A stretch of DNA of 64,000 bases from positions 6,970 to 70,969 of the forward strand of contig CALUYU010000002.1 in the NCBI GenBank assembly GCA_944325075.1, written 5' to 3'. The position numbers and the translations under genes were made by a program. A model generated the notes under the pieces. The model was not told where the DNA came from. It did not search any database and was given only the letters and a program-made list of their open reading frames with translations. This stretch comes from Candidatus Gastranaerophilales bacterium. Lineage in GTDB: Bacteria; Cyanobacteriota; Vampirovibrionia; Gastranaerophilales; Gastranaerophilaceae. Within the stretch, counting starts at the first letter, position 1, and every line of letters begins with the position of its first letter. Below, in pieces: positions 27,131-36,419 of this stretch.

Positions 27131-27790
27131 ATGATTATGCAAGATAATAAAAGTAAAATCAGAGAGTATATAGATTTAGTGCAGAAGGTGGCGAGGGTTG
27201 AATATCATCGAATTCCTTCGCACATGCTGGAATATGAAGAGCTATTATCAATTGGTATTATAGCAATTCAGGCGTTGATTAAAAACAAAACACCGGAACA
27301 GCTTGAGCGTTATAATAATGCATATATTGCAACCGCTGTTAGGTGGGCTATCAGAAATGAATTAAGAATTAGATATAAGTGGTATTCATTAAAACATAAG
27401 GCTGAAGATGAGGATGAGCTTGATACCGATAATCTTCAGGAAAAAAAGACAAAAGTCCGGGAAGCTATTTATGAAACTGTTTTATCTATAGAAGGGCTTT
27501 CTGACGCTGCAAGTGATAATGATTCTCCGTTTGATTTTCTGAAAGATAACCATGCAATGCCGGATGAAAATGCTGAAATTTCCGAGATGGGGCGTATGAT
27601 ACGCGAGGCTATTTCCAAATTGCCGCCGAAGGAGCGTACTGTTGTGGAATACAGATTTTACAGAAACATGCAGGTAAAAGATATTGCAACTCAGATTGGT
27701 CTATCTCCATCGAGAGTTACACGTATAGTTCAGGCGTCATTGAATGTTATTAGAGAATATCTTAATTCACATGAGCAATACGGTTATTAA
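27131..27790 (+). CDS. fliA: Group-3 sigma factor, FliA/sigma-28 family
   Basis: 219 aa. Region 2 (YIATAVRWAIRNELR) and region 4.2 HTH (VKDIATQIGLSPSRVTRIV). Directly follows flhB. Confidence 0.75.
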   Translation: MIMQDNKSKIREYIDLVQKVARVEYHRIPSHMLEYEELLSIGIIAIQALIKNKTPEQLERYNNAYIATAVRWAIRNELRIRYKWYSLKHKAEDEDELDTDNLQEKKTKVREAIYETVLSIEGLSDAASDNDSPFDFLKDNHAMPDENAEISEMGRMIREAISKLPPKERTVVEYRFYRNMQVKDIATQIGLSPSRVTRIVQASLNVIREYLNSHEQYGY

Positions 27791-27848
27791 CCACTTCAAT
27801 TAAATAAGTGTTCCTCTTTTGCCATGGTCATAAAAGCCGTTGTATTGG

Positions 27849-29450
27849 TTATTCGGTTTTCTCTGAGGCCGGTATTATTGTAATTCTGTCATCCTTTTGA
27901 ATTTTAAGAGGATCTTTCATCCTTTTAATGTAATCGCAGGTTAATTTATTTTTGTCAAAATCAAATTTTTTGATAATAAACTCCGGATTTTCATTTGTCG
28001 GAAGGTAGTTGTCTCCTCCGGTTGCAAAGAAATCATCCATTGCAACTGTAAATTTCCGTTCTGTGCTTGGATTATTTATATCAATTGGAGTTTCAATTCC
28101 GTTTTTATCTACAAATGATAGAGATTTAAGTTCTCCTTTATCGGTCATTGTGTATTTTAACCCGGAAACAAGTAATATCCCCGGTTTGTTACCGGTTCTG
28201 TTAAATGATTGACCGCCGACTTTAATTGCATCTACTATTTCTTTTTCACTAAGTTTACCGATAAGAATTTTATCTTCAAACGGGGTAATATCATTAATCA
28301 ATCTTGAGTCAATTTTTCCCACATCAAAATGTCCGCGTATGTTTCCGGTATTAAGGATTGCAATATCGGTTCCCAATTCGTTCCTCATTGCATCTACAAC
28401 AATATTTCCATGCGGATTATTTTCAATTAGTCTTGCTTTCGGAGGGGCAACTGTTTCTGCGACTGTGCCGATAACCTGTGGTTTCCCAAGAATATTTTCT
28501 ACTGCAGCCCTGGATGACAGAGTTCTGTTAAAGTCTCTGGTTTTTAGAATATTGTTTTGGGCTTTTGTAATAATTCCGTTTGAATCAAATTCAACATTAA
28601 GTATGCCGACATTTTCTCCGTCCTTCCCGGCCTGGGTAATTATTACCGGTTCTCCGGTTTTTGAATAGAATAGATTTTTCCCTGACTCAACACCATTTAC
28701 CAGATCATGTGTATGAGCTCCCAAAATAATATCAATTCCGCTTGTATTTTGTGCAAGCTGTTTATCATGCTTAAGACCGCTGTGTGAGAGCACAATAATT
28801 TTATTTATTCCCTGGCTTTTCAGTCTGTCAACTTCATCCTGAACCTTTTTTGTTGTGGTTTTAAAGTCATCTATTTTAATATCCTTAACAGAATCGTTCA
28901 GTTTAACCCGTTCAGCCATATCAGAAGGAGCAACACCAATAATTCCGTATTTTTGTCCGTTCCTTTCTTCAATAATTGATTTCCCGATTTTACCGAACAT
29001 CGGGCTGCTCGGATCAACACTTGCATTTATAGCAAGTAATTTATAGTTGGCCTTATCCATCAGCATTGATAAGTTTTTAGGTACGACGTCCAGTTCATGG
29101 TTGCCAAGTGCATTTGCGCTTACACCTATCCAGTTAAGAAATTTATTTGCGACCTGGTTTGATGTGTAATTTGCTCCGAGAATAATGTCGCCTGATGCTA
29201 ATTTTAATTTATCTGCATCTGCCGGTGTTGTTCTGTCAAACTGTTTGGATATGGAATAAATTCTTTCCATATTAGTCATTTTGCCGTGGACATCATTGAT
29301 ATATAGAATACTTGTCTTAACCGGCGGGTAAGATTGTGAAACCTGCTGCAAATCCGGAGTCGGGTTTTGGGGCTGAGGTTTCTTATTTGGACTTTTTGCG
29401 TATGCATTTGTAATATTTGCGTTTGAATATGAATTAATGTTATTTATCAT
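27849..29450 (-). CDS. Bifunctional metallophosphatase/5'-nucleotidase (UshA-like), no recognisable signal peptide
   Basis: ILYINDVHGKM, GDIILG and ALGNHELD metallophosphoesterase motifs plus a C-terminal 5'-nucleotidase domain. The N-terminus is polar and N/P/Q-rich. Confidence 0.85.
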   Translation of the reverse strand: MINNINSYSNANITNAYAKSPNKKPQPQNPTPDLQQVSQSYPPVKTSILYINDVHGKMTNMERIYSISKQFDRTTPADADKLKLASGDIILGANYTSNQVANKFLNWIGVSANALGNHELDVVPKNLSMLMDKANYKLLAINASVDPSSPMFGKIGKSIIEERNGQKYGIIGVAPSDMAERVKLNDSVKDIKIDDFKTTTKKVQDEVDRLKSQGINKIIVLSHSGLKHDKQLAQNTSGIDIILGAHTHDLVNGVESGKNLFYSKTGEPVIITQAGKDGENVGILNVEFDSNGIITKAQNNILKTRDFNRTLSSRAAVENILGKPQVIGTVAETVAPPKARLIENNPHGNIVVDAMRNELGTDIAILNTGNIRGHFDVGKIDSRLINDITPFEDKILIGKLSEKEIVDAIKVGGQSFNRTGNKPGILLVSGLKYTMTDKGELKSLSFVDKNGIETPIDINNPSTERKFTVAMDDFFATGGDNYLPTNENPEFIIKKFDFDKNKLTCDYIKRMKDPLKIQKDDRITIIPASEKTE

Positions 29451-29465
29451 ATATTTAACCCTTTA

Positions 29466-30929
29466 TTATGCTGCGGCTGAAAGTTCTGCATCGCCTATCT
29501 TATACTGTTGCATGTTATTTTTCTTCATATCATTGTATGAGTTCAGACCTTCTACCCAGTTCTCTACCAGTTTAACATCTTTCTCTACTACTTCTTTTGG
29601 AAGTGCTGCGTGGTGTATTTTAGGTAAGAGATAGTCTTCACTATATTCAATTGGTTTGGAAATATTATCATCTGTGTCGTTGCAGATAAAAGTTAATTTA
29701 CCAGACGGATTTTTTTTGTAGCCGACAATGGTAATTTCATGGCCGTTAATTATCACATTATTTGAGTCGGTCTGTGTATAACCAAGAATTACATTTTCAC
29801 CCATGTCCAGTGCATTTGTAAGATGTCGTTTCAGAGTATCTTTATCAGTTTCATATCCGACAAGACGGGCATTTTCATCTACTGTTTGGTATGTAATAGA
29901 GATTTTGTTTTTATCCTCAACAACAGACTCAGTAAATGTTTTTTCAAATTCAATTAAGCCTTTGTCATTTTGGTTAAATTTTCCCTTGCGTTTGTCGGTT
30001 AAAGTATCATAGGATTGTTGTGAACCTACCTGCATAAATGCTGATTGCATTAGGACATCAATCGGTGACCGTTCACCGGGATCTTTATCTGTTGTTTGAA
30101 TCTGTGCACGAACCAGTGCATTTTTATCAGGTTTAAATGTAATGGTTGCTTTATTAAAGCTTGTCGCTTTAAATGGAATTTCAAATGCGTTCAAAAGCCA
30201 TATAGCATCTAAAGTTTTGTCAGCAAGTTTGTCAAGGTGGATTTCTTTATCAACGGATAGTGTGTTTGAGCTCAAACCTTCTGCAAATCTTGCAAATTCG
30301 GCTGGCTTTTTCTTGGCAAGACTAAATTCAATACTTGCAGCAACACAAGTTCCGGAATGCGTTACATTAATTTCTTTCATTGCAGTTTTTCTCGCATTCG
30401 GATTTGTTTTGCTTAAGTTGTTATCAGACATATAAGTATCTAAAACGGAATTTTGATTCTTTATAGGAATGTCCCCAAACTGTTGTGTAATAATGAACGG
30501 ATTGTTTAATGCCGCAATTACATCTTTGGTTAAAGATTGTGCATTTAAGCCCTGAGCTCTTTGTGTTGTGAGAATTTTGTGTAAATTATCAAGCACTGAT
30601 GAATTATCGCTTGAGTCTGAGTTTAATAATATACCGCTTTTTAAGAGGTTATCCAGCTCTTTTTTGGAGTGACGGTCTAAATTTTTTACTAAATCGTTAT
30701 ATTTATTTTTTTCATCTTTTGTAACAAGTTGTGTTCTGAGGCTTGAGGCCGTAAAAGATTTGTTGAAAGGTATTTCTTTCATTGTGTGTGTAAATTTATG
30801 TTTAACCGGAGCCGCCTTTTCTTTTGAAGCAACCGGAGCTGCATTTTGAGTTTTGCTGGATCCGTTTAAACCTATTGTGTTATAATAATTATTGTTAAAA
30901 TATGTATTATACGAGTACACTATTTTCAC
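29466..30929 (-). CDS. Hypothetical protein with a papain-like Cys/His arrangement
   Basis: HSGTCVAAS (Cys), NGHEITIVGYKK (His, papain-like G-H-x-x-x-iVGY), ICNDTDD. The start is uncertain: GTG 30929, or GTG 30920 which sits 8 nt after GGAG. Confidence 0.5.
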   Translation of the reverse strand: MKIVYSYNTYFNNNYYNTIGLNGSSKTQNAAPVASKEKAAPVKHKFTHTMKEIPFNKSFTASSLRTQLVTKDEKNKYNDLVKNLDRHSKKELDNLLKSGILLNSDSSDNSSVLDNLHKILTTQRAQGLNAQSLTKDVIAALNNPFIITQQFGDIPIKNQNSVLDTYMSDNNLSKTNPNARKTAMKEINVTHSGTCVAASIEFSLAKKKPAEFARFAEGLSSNTLSVDKEIHLDKLADKTLDAIWLLNAFEIPFKATSFNKATITFKPDKNALVRAQIQTTDKDPGERSPIDVLMQSAFMQVGSQQSYDTLTDKRKGKFNQNDKGLIEFEKTFTESVVEDKNKISITYQTVDENARLVGYETDKDTLKRHLTNALDMGENVILGYTQTDSNNVIINGHEITIVGYKKNPSGKLTFICNDTDDNISKPIEYSEDYLLPKIHHAALPKEVVEKDVKLVENWVEGLNSYNDMKKNNMQQYKIGDAELSAAA

Positions 30930-30998
30930 TCCACACTTATAATTATATAAAAAAGCAAAGACATAAAAAATTGCTAAATTTTGTTTTATATGTAAATT

Positions 30999-32006
30999 TT
31001 GTTACAAAACTTTGAGGGAATATTGGAAGAAATTAAATTTAAACCACTTGATAGAGACCGGATTGTAATAGGTGTTGACAGACTGACGCGTTTTAAAGAG
31101 ACAGAGTCTAAATACTTAAGAGTTTTTAAGGATATTCTGATTAATAATCTGATTAGCCCGAAATACAAAAAATCTGAAATTGATGAAATGGATTATTCTG
31201 TTTTGAAAGATATTGCAGAACATATTATAAACTCTTCTTTAGAGATTTTGGTTCCTAATGCTGCACAGGATCTGGTGATAAACAAGCGCTTGGCTGAATA
31301 TGAAAAAACTTTGTTTAAACTTAATCCTGAGGTGGAAAAACTTTTGGATAACAAAATAAATTATAGTGCTGTGATAAAAATTATTCCCGATAATCCGCCT
31401 ATAAATTTAAAATGGCTGATTATGCTTTCAAAATCAGGTAATCCTGAGGCCGATAGCTTTTTGCATGCACTGCATTTCCCAATAAAAAAGCTTGTTATTT
31501 GTGAAGGTATAACTGAAGAAATTTTATTACCGGAATTTGCAAGAATACTTGATTATGATTTTGATAAATATGGTGTTCATTTAATCTCTGCAGGCGGCAA
31601 AAATCAGGTTGTAAGAATGTTCTATAAATTTGCTGAAATATTAAAAATTCCTATTTTTATTCTTCTTGACAGCGACGCGGCAAAAAATTACAATGAAATA
31701 CTTCCAAGACTCAGAAGCGGCGATAAAATTTACATTTTAGAGCATGGGGAATTTGAAGATATTCTTCCTTCCGCACTAATCGAAAAAACTCTTGCATATT
31801 CTATTGCCAATATATCTTCAACTCCACGGGAAGATTTTGACCGCTCCGGAGGAATGGTTCACTATCTTGAAGAATACTTTAGACACCGCGGCGTTCATGA
31901 ATTTAAAAAGGCTGATTTTGCCCAGGCGCTTAAACTGAATATTGCCGGCCCGGAGGATGTGTCTGATGAGTTTAAAAATATTATAAGTGTATTGCGGGCA
32001 ATGTAA
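30999..32006 (+). CDS. Stand-alone Toprim (OLD-nuclease-type) domain protein
   Basis: LVICEGITEE (Toprim Glu) and FILLDSDAA (DxD). The start may be TTG 31023, preceded by GAGGGA, rather than TTG 30999. Confidence 0.55.
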   Translation: MLQNFEGILEEIKFKPLDRDRIVIGVDRLTRFKETESKYLRVFKDILINNLISPKYKKSEIDEMDYSVLKDIAEHIINSSLEILVPNAAQDLVINKRLAEYEKTLFKLNPEVEKLLDNKINYSAVIKIIPDNPPINLKWLIMLSKSGNPEADSFLHALHFPIKKLVICEGITEEILLPEFARILDYDFDKYGVHLISAGGKNQVVRMFYKFAEILKIPIFILLDSDAAKNYNEILPRLRSGDKIYILEHGEFEDILPSALIEKTLAYSIANISSTPREDFDRSGGMVHYLEEYFRHRGVHEFKKADFAQALKLNIAGPEDVSDEFKNIISVLRAM

Positions 32007-32028
32007 TGTTTTCAATAAAGTTTTTTAG

Positions 32029-32436
32029 TTAATAATTTATAGACATAATTTTTGAGCATGTGTTTGCATCATTAAGGTATTTTCTCCATAAGAGACGGAA
32101 ATTCTCCAAATTGGATTGCTTTCCTTCTTTTTTCTGAAGTGCAACATCTTTATTTACAGCCTCAAGCAGTTGGTTAATCTGATCTTTGCTAAACCGGCAG
32201 GCAACCGTGTGAGTACTGCCATGATAATATGCTTCATTTCGGTATTGGCATTTGTCATTATCCCATCCAGAAATTTCTGTTTTGACAAATAATTTGAGTC
32301 CCCGCGTTTCCGAATAATATTCTGAGCACGTTGAAAGCTTAGACAAAAAGGTTCCGGACGTCTCAATATTTGCATCACAATAGCCGGATGTTGCACTTAT
32401 AATTATAAAAAGCAAAAATAATGATATTTTTTTCAT
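32029..32436 (-). CDS. Small secreted Cys-containing protein, paralogue B
   Basis: 135 aa with an N-terminal signal-like segment. Shares LSTC..YSE, EI.GW..DKCQ and C(K/R)FSKDQIN.L..AV with the upstream gene. Confidence 0.7.
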   Translation of the reverse strand: MKKISLFLLFIIISATSGYCDANIETSGTFLSKLSTCSEYYSETRGLKLFVKTEISGWDNDKCQYRNEAYYHGSTHTVACRFSKDQINQLLEAVNKDVALQKKEGKQSNLENFRLLWRKYLNDANTCSKIMSINY

Positions 32437-32439
32437 ATT

Positions 32440-32877
32440 TTAGAAGTCGAACCTGCCTTTATTTACATATTGGCGGCATACATTTTTATCAAGTGTATAA
32501 GTATTCCAAATCCCTATAGCAGGTTGTTTTACTGTTGCTACAGGTTTTATGGCGTTATCCTTAAACTCATATTGCATAACAGCCGCATTTTCGGAGGCCA
32601 CAGCAGAAATAAGTTTATTAATCTGATCTTTGCTAAATTTGCATTCAATCTGATAAATATTGTTAACCTGATATATCTTATTTATAAACTGACATTTATC
32701 TTGTTTCCAGCCTAAAATTTCACTTTTTGATGTAAAAAACGGGCTTTCAATTGATTCCGAATAATAAGTGCATGTTGAAAGTCTGTTCAAAAACTCCTTT
32801 GAGAAATTCGTGTTTGCAGCAAATGCAGATCCTACAGTCAAAACTAAGCCCATCAACACTATAATAAATTTTTTCAT
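32440..32877 (-). CDS. Small secreted Cys-containing protein, paralogue A
   Basis: 145 aa. Signal peptide ending GSAFA-AN and SD GGAGA. Paralogous to 32029-32436. Confidence 0.7.
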   Translation of the reverse strand: MKKFIIVLMGLVLTVGSAFAANTNFSKEFLNRLSTCTYYSESIESPFFTSKSEILGWKQDKCQFINKIYQVNNIYQIECKFSKDQINKLISAVASENAAVMQYEFKDNAIKPVATVKQPAIGIWNTYTLDKNVCRQYVNKGRFDF

Positions 32878-33000
32878 AAATCATTCTCCATTTATATTTT
32901 AAATAAAAAATATTATAAACAATCTAAAAAATCAATCCTCAGATATTATACCAATAAGTCAGTCAGGAACAGCCGGCCCGGATTCAGGCGTAAGAGAAAA

Positions 33001-34413
33001 CTAGTACCTGAAATCTCTTTCACCATGGTGAATTTTTTCTAACTTTTCACAAACGTCATCATGATTGGTGCCAAGTTTTTCTAGTTCCCGCTTGATAAGT
33101 TCTTCCCCGGCTTTTTTTGTTTCGTCTGAGGCATAATCTTCCAGATATTCTTTTAGTGTCATCAGCGCGTTTGGATGGCAAAAATTATGAATTTGTTCAT
33201 TTTTGCAAATAGACATAAAGCGGTCGCCGGTTCTTCCTTTTCTGTAGCAGGCAGTACAAAAGCTTGGTATGTATCCCAAATCAATAAGCCATCTCATAAC
33301 TTCATCAAGCGGACGTCTGTCTGAAATATCAAATTGCGATGAATTTTCATCCTCTGGCATTGGGTTAAAATAGCCTCCGACACTTGTTTTAGAACCGCCG
33401 CTTATTTGTGATATCCCTAAATGCAGAAGTCTTTCTCTACACTCTTTGCTTTCGCGGGTTGAAATTATCATTCCGGTGTAAGGCACTGATATTCTAATGC
33501 AGGCAACAATTTTAGCAAAAGTATCATCATCAATTCCGTTATCAAAGACATTCGGATCAATATCATCAGCCTTTCTTATTCTTGGAACACTGATTGCGTG
33601 CGGGCCGACGCCGAATGCTGCCTCAAGGTGTTCAGCGTGCATTAAAAGAGCTGCAAATTCATACCGGTATAGTTCCAGACCAAACAGTACTCCAAGGCTT
33701 ACATCATCAATTCCGGCTTCCATAGCTCGGTCCATTGCTTCCGTGTGGTAGGCATAGTTGTGTTTTGGGCCGGTAGGATGAAGTCTTTCGTATGTTTCTT
33801 TGTTGTATGTTTCCTGAAACAAAACATAAGTACCAATTCCGGCTTCATGCAGTTTTTTATAATTTTCAACGCTAGTTGCCGCAATATTAACGTTTACACG
33901 ACGAATGGCTCCGTTTTTATGTTTAACGCTGTAGATGGTTTTTATTGATTCAAGTATGTATTCTATCGGGTTGTTTACCGGGTCTTCTCCTGATTCTATC
34001 GCAAGCCTTTTGTGTCCCATATCCTGAAGAGCTTCCACTTCCCGTCTTATTTCTTCCTGGGAAAGTTTTCTTCTTGGAATATGCTTATTTTGCTGGTGGT
34101 AAGGGCAGTAGACGCATCCGTTTACACAGTAATTTGAAAGATATAAAGGGGCAAACAGCACTACTCTGTTGCCATAGTAATCCCTTTTTATCTTTTCGGC
34201 AAGTTTAAAGATCTCTTCATTTTTTTCAGGAATTGTGCAGTCAAGAAGTACCGCTGCTTCTCTATGGGTTAAACCTTTTTCTAATCTTGCCTTTTCTAAT
34301 ATTCTATCGATAACTTCGGCATTATCTTTGTTCTTTTCGGCATAAGAAAGTGTCTCTAGGACTTCATTATGATCAATAAATTCTTCGGCCTTATGTGATT
34401 TAGGATTATACAT
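33001..34413 (-). CDS. hydG: Radical SAM [FeFe]-hydrogenase maturase HydG (tyrosine lyase)
   Basis: CVNGCVYC radical-SAM cluster motif. Length about 470 aa. The C-terminal SFCTACYRKGRTGDRFM...C.PNAL.TLKEY distinguishes HydG from the shorter ThiH. Start moved to ATG 34413, behind GGAGGGG. Confidence 0.8.
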   Translation of the reverse strand: MYNPKSHKAEEFIDHNEVLETLSYAEKNKDNAEVIDRILEKARLEKGLTHREAAVLLDCTIPEKNEEIFKLAEKIKRDYYGNRVVLFAPLYLSNYCVNGCVYCPYHQQNKHIPRRKLSQEEIRREVEALQDMGHKRLAIESGEDPVNNPIEYILESIKTIYSVKHKNGAIRRVNVNIAATSVENYKKLHEAGIGTYVLFQETYNKETYERLHPTGPKHNYAYHTEAMDRAMEAGIDDVSLGVLFGLELYRYEFAALLMHAEHLEAAFGVGPHAISVPRIRKADDIDPNVFDNGIDDDTFAKIVACIRISVPYTGMIISTRESKECRERLLHLGISQISGGSKTSVGGYFNPMPEDENSSQFDISDRRPLDEVMRWLIDLGYIPSFCTACYRKGRTGDRFMSICKNEQIHNFCHPNALMTLKEYLEDYASDETKKAGEELIKRELEKLGTNHDDVCEKLEKIHHGERDFRY

Positions 34414-34475
34414 TTTTACCCCTCCCATGGATAACTCTATAATATTACCCTGAAAGTGAAAAGTAAAGAGAAAAA

Positions 34476-35549
34476 CTATTTTGTTAATGTTACCAGAATA
34501 TCAGGAGGAAATTTTTGAATATTTTGGATCTTGAAAATTTCAGCCTCCTCAATTGATGCTGCATGTCTAAAATCAAAACATGAGAGTCCTCTGTTATCGC
34601 CGAGAATTTTTGGGGCAATAAACTGGTATATTTTATCTGCATATGGAAGGATTGAACCGTTTAGTTTTCCTCCGGCTTCTACTATTATACTTTTTATCCC
34701 CAAATTATAAATTTCTTTTAATACCTTGCTAAAATCGATTTTATTGCCCGTTACCTCAGTTGGACATAAAGTTATATGTTTTTCATTTAGAAAACTCTTT
34801 GAGGGCATTTTAGGACTGTTTGACAAAATATTTTTGTCATAAAAAACAAATTTTTCTCCGTCTGCATAAATATTTGCATTATAAAAATCCGTTTTTAATT
34901 CACGGTCAATTATTATTTTCCTTTTATGAGCCATCGTTGGGTTGTCAGCAATAACAGTTGCAGAAGATGTTAAAATTGCGTCGTACTTTTTTCTGAGATT
35001 CTTTACTTTGCCTCTTGCGGCTTCTGAAGTAATCCATTTTGAGCTGCCGTTTTCGGCTGCTATTTTCCCGTCAAGCGTTACGGCCGTTTTTATTGCGACA
35101 AAAGTCTCATTTTTTAGCATATTTTTTATGAATATTTCATTAAGTTCCCGGCATTCTTTCTCAAATACATTTTCTATAACCTCGATACCGGCTTCCCTTA
35201 GCTTTTTTATACCATTTCCGCTGACGATTGGATTAACATCTTTCATGCCAATTACAACACGTTTTATGCCCCTCTCAATTATCAAATCAGCACAAGGAGG
35301 CGTTTTCCCGTAATGGGAACATGGTTCAAGATTAACAATTAAAGTTCCACCTTTGTCCTCGCCATTTCTCAGCTTAAGAAGTGCATCGCGTTCAGCATGA
35401 TTTTCTCCGCATTTTTTATGAAAGCCTGTTGAGATGATATTATTTTTATCATCTAAAATTACGCATCCTACAAGCGGATTTGGGGAAACCTCACCTTCAG
35501 CAAGTTTTGCTAGTTCAATGCATTTTTTCATTAGATCTTTATAATTCAT
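34476..35549 (-). CDS. ribD: Bifunctional riboflavin biosynthesis deaminase/reductase RibD
   Basis: HAERDAL and PCSHYGKTPPC deaminase Zn motifs plus a C-terminal reductase domain. Confidence 0.95.
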   Translation of the reverse strand: MNYKDLMKKCIELAKLAEGEVSPNPLVGCVILDDKNNIISTGFHKKCGENHAERDALLKLRNGEDKGGTLIVNLEPCSHYGKTPPCADLIIERGIKRVVIGMKDVNPIVSGNGIKKLREAGIEVIENVFEKECRELNEIFIKNMLKNETFVAIKTAVTLDGKIAAENGSSKWITSEAARGKVKNLRKKYDAILTSSATVIADNPTMAHKRKIIIDRELKTDFYNANIYADGEKFVFYDKNILSNSPKMPSKSFLNEKHITLCPTEVTGNKIDFSKVLKEIYNLGIKSIIVEAGGKLNGSILPYADKIYQFIAPKILGDNRGLSCFDFRHAASIEEAEIFKIQNIQKFPPDILVTLTK

Positions 35550-35555
35550 ACTTGT

Positions 35556-35564
35556 ATTCTAGCA
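35556..35564 (-). promoter_or_regulatory. Extended -10 (TGcTAGAAT) 6 nt before the ribD ATG (candidate leaderless promoter)
   Basis: The minus strand reads TGCTAGAAT-acaagt-ATG with no SD. Confidence 0.45.
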
Positions 35565-35622
35565 AAAAAAATGCTATTCTTGTATAAAAAGCAATAATTA
35601 TACTTAATATAAGGAGAGTAGT

Positions 35623-36294
35623 ATGGTTGATTTAAAGTATATTGGGCATAGTGCATTTGAATTCAAGACAAAGGACAAGTCAATTCTGGTAGATCCTTTT
35701 GTATCCCATAATGAAAAGTATGATTACAACAAATCTAATATTGTTGATATTTTTGTAACACATGGACATGCAGATCATCTTGGAGAAGCAGTTGAAATTT
35801 CAAAAGCTAAAAAAGCAACTATTACTGCTATTCCTGAAGTTGCAGCATATTGTACCGCAAAAAAATGTAAAACAAGACCTGTAGGACTTGGCAGCTGGCT
35901 TAATTATGATTGGGGCCGGGCAATATTTTTGCCTGCATATCACTCAAGTTCTCTGCCTGATGGTTCTTATGGCGGAGTTGCTGCCAGCATTTTGTTTGAT
36001 ATTGAGGGCGTTAGAATTTTCCATGCCGGAGATACATGCTTAACTCCTGATTTCAAAACTTACAAAGAAATTTACAGACCAAATATTGCTCTGTTACCTA
36101 TAGGCGGAAATTATACTATGGACGTTGAGCATGCTGTTGTTGCAGCAGATTGGCTTGGTGCTAAAACTGTTATTCCTATGCACTACAACACTTTCCCTGA
36201 AATTCAGGCAGATCTTAACCGTTTTGCACAGCTAATGCAAGTTAATAATACAAACTGCGCAATTCTCAATCCGGCTGAAATTCGCCAGGATTAA
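35623..36294 (+). CDS. Metallo-beta-lactamase-fold hydrolase (UPF0173 type)
   Basis: THGHADHLGE motif. 223 aa. SD AAGGAGAG. Confidence 0.85.
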   Translation: MVDLKYIGHSAFEFKTKDKSILVDPFVSHNEKYDYNKSNIVDIFVTHGHADHLGEAVEISKAKKATITAIPEVAAYCTAKKCKTRPVGLGSWLNYDWGRAIFLPAYHSSSLPDGSYGGVAASILFDIEGVRIFHAGDTCLTPDFKTYKEIYRPNIALLPIGGNYTMDVEHAVVAADWLGAKTVIPMHYNTFPEIQADLNRFAQLMQVNNTNCAILNPAEIRQD

Positions 36295-36313
36295 AATCTA
36301 GATTGACATAAAT

Positions 36314-36356
36314 AAAACAGCGTGCCATTTGAAAAATTATAGCACGCTGTTTTTAT
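36314..36356. terminator. Bidirectional terminator
   Basis: ACAGCGTGC ... GCACGCTGT stem flanked by A and T runs. Confidence 0.75.
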
Positions 36357-36419
36357 ATTTAAAAATTTTTAAGTATTTTTAGGCGCAATACATCTGCTCA
36401 AATCCACCTGACAATTCCA

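Noticed and set aside
34429-35622. Expected an FMN riboswitch upstream of ribD, or a TPP/other riboswitch upstream of the radical-SAM gene
   Set aside because: The intergenic spaces are only 73 and 47 nt and contain no conserved riboswitch cores that I can recognise.
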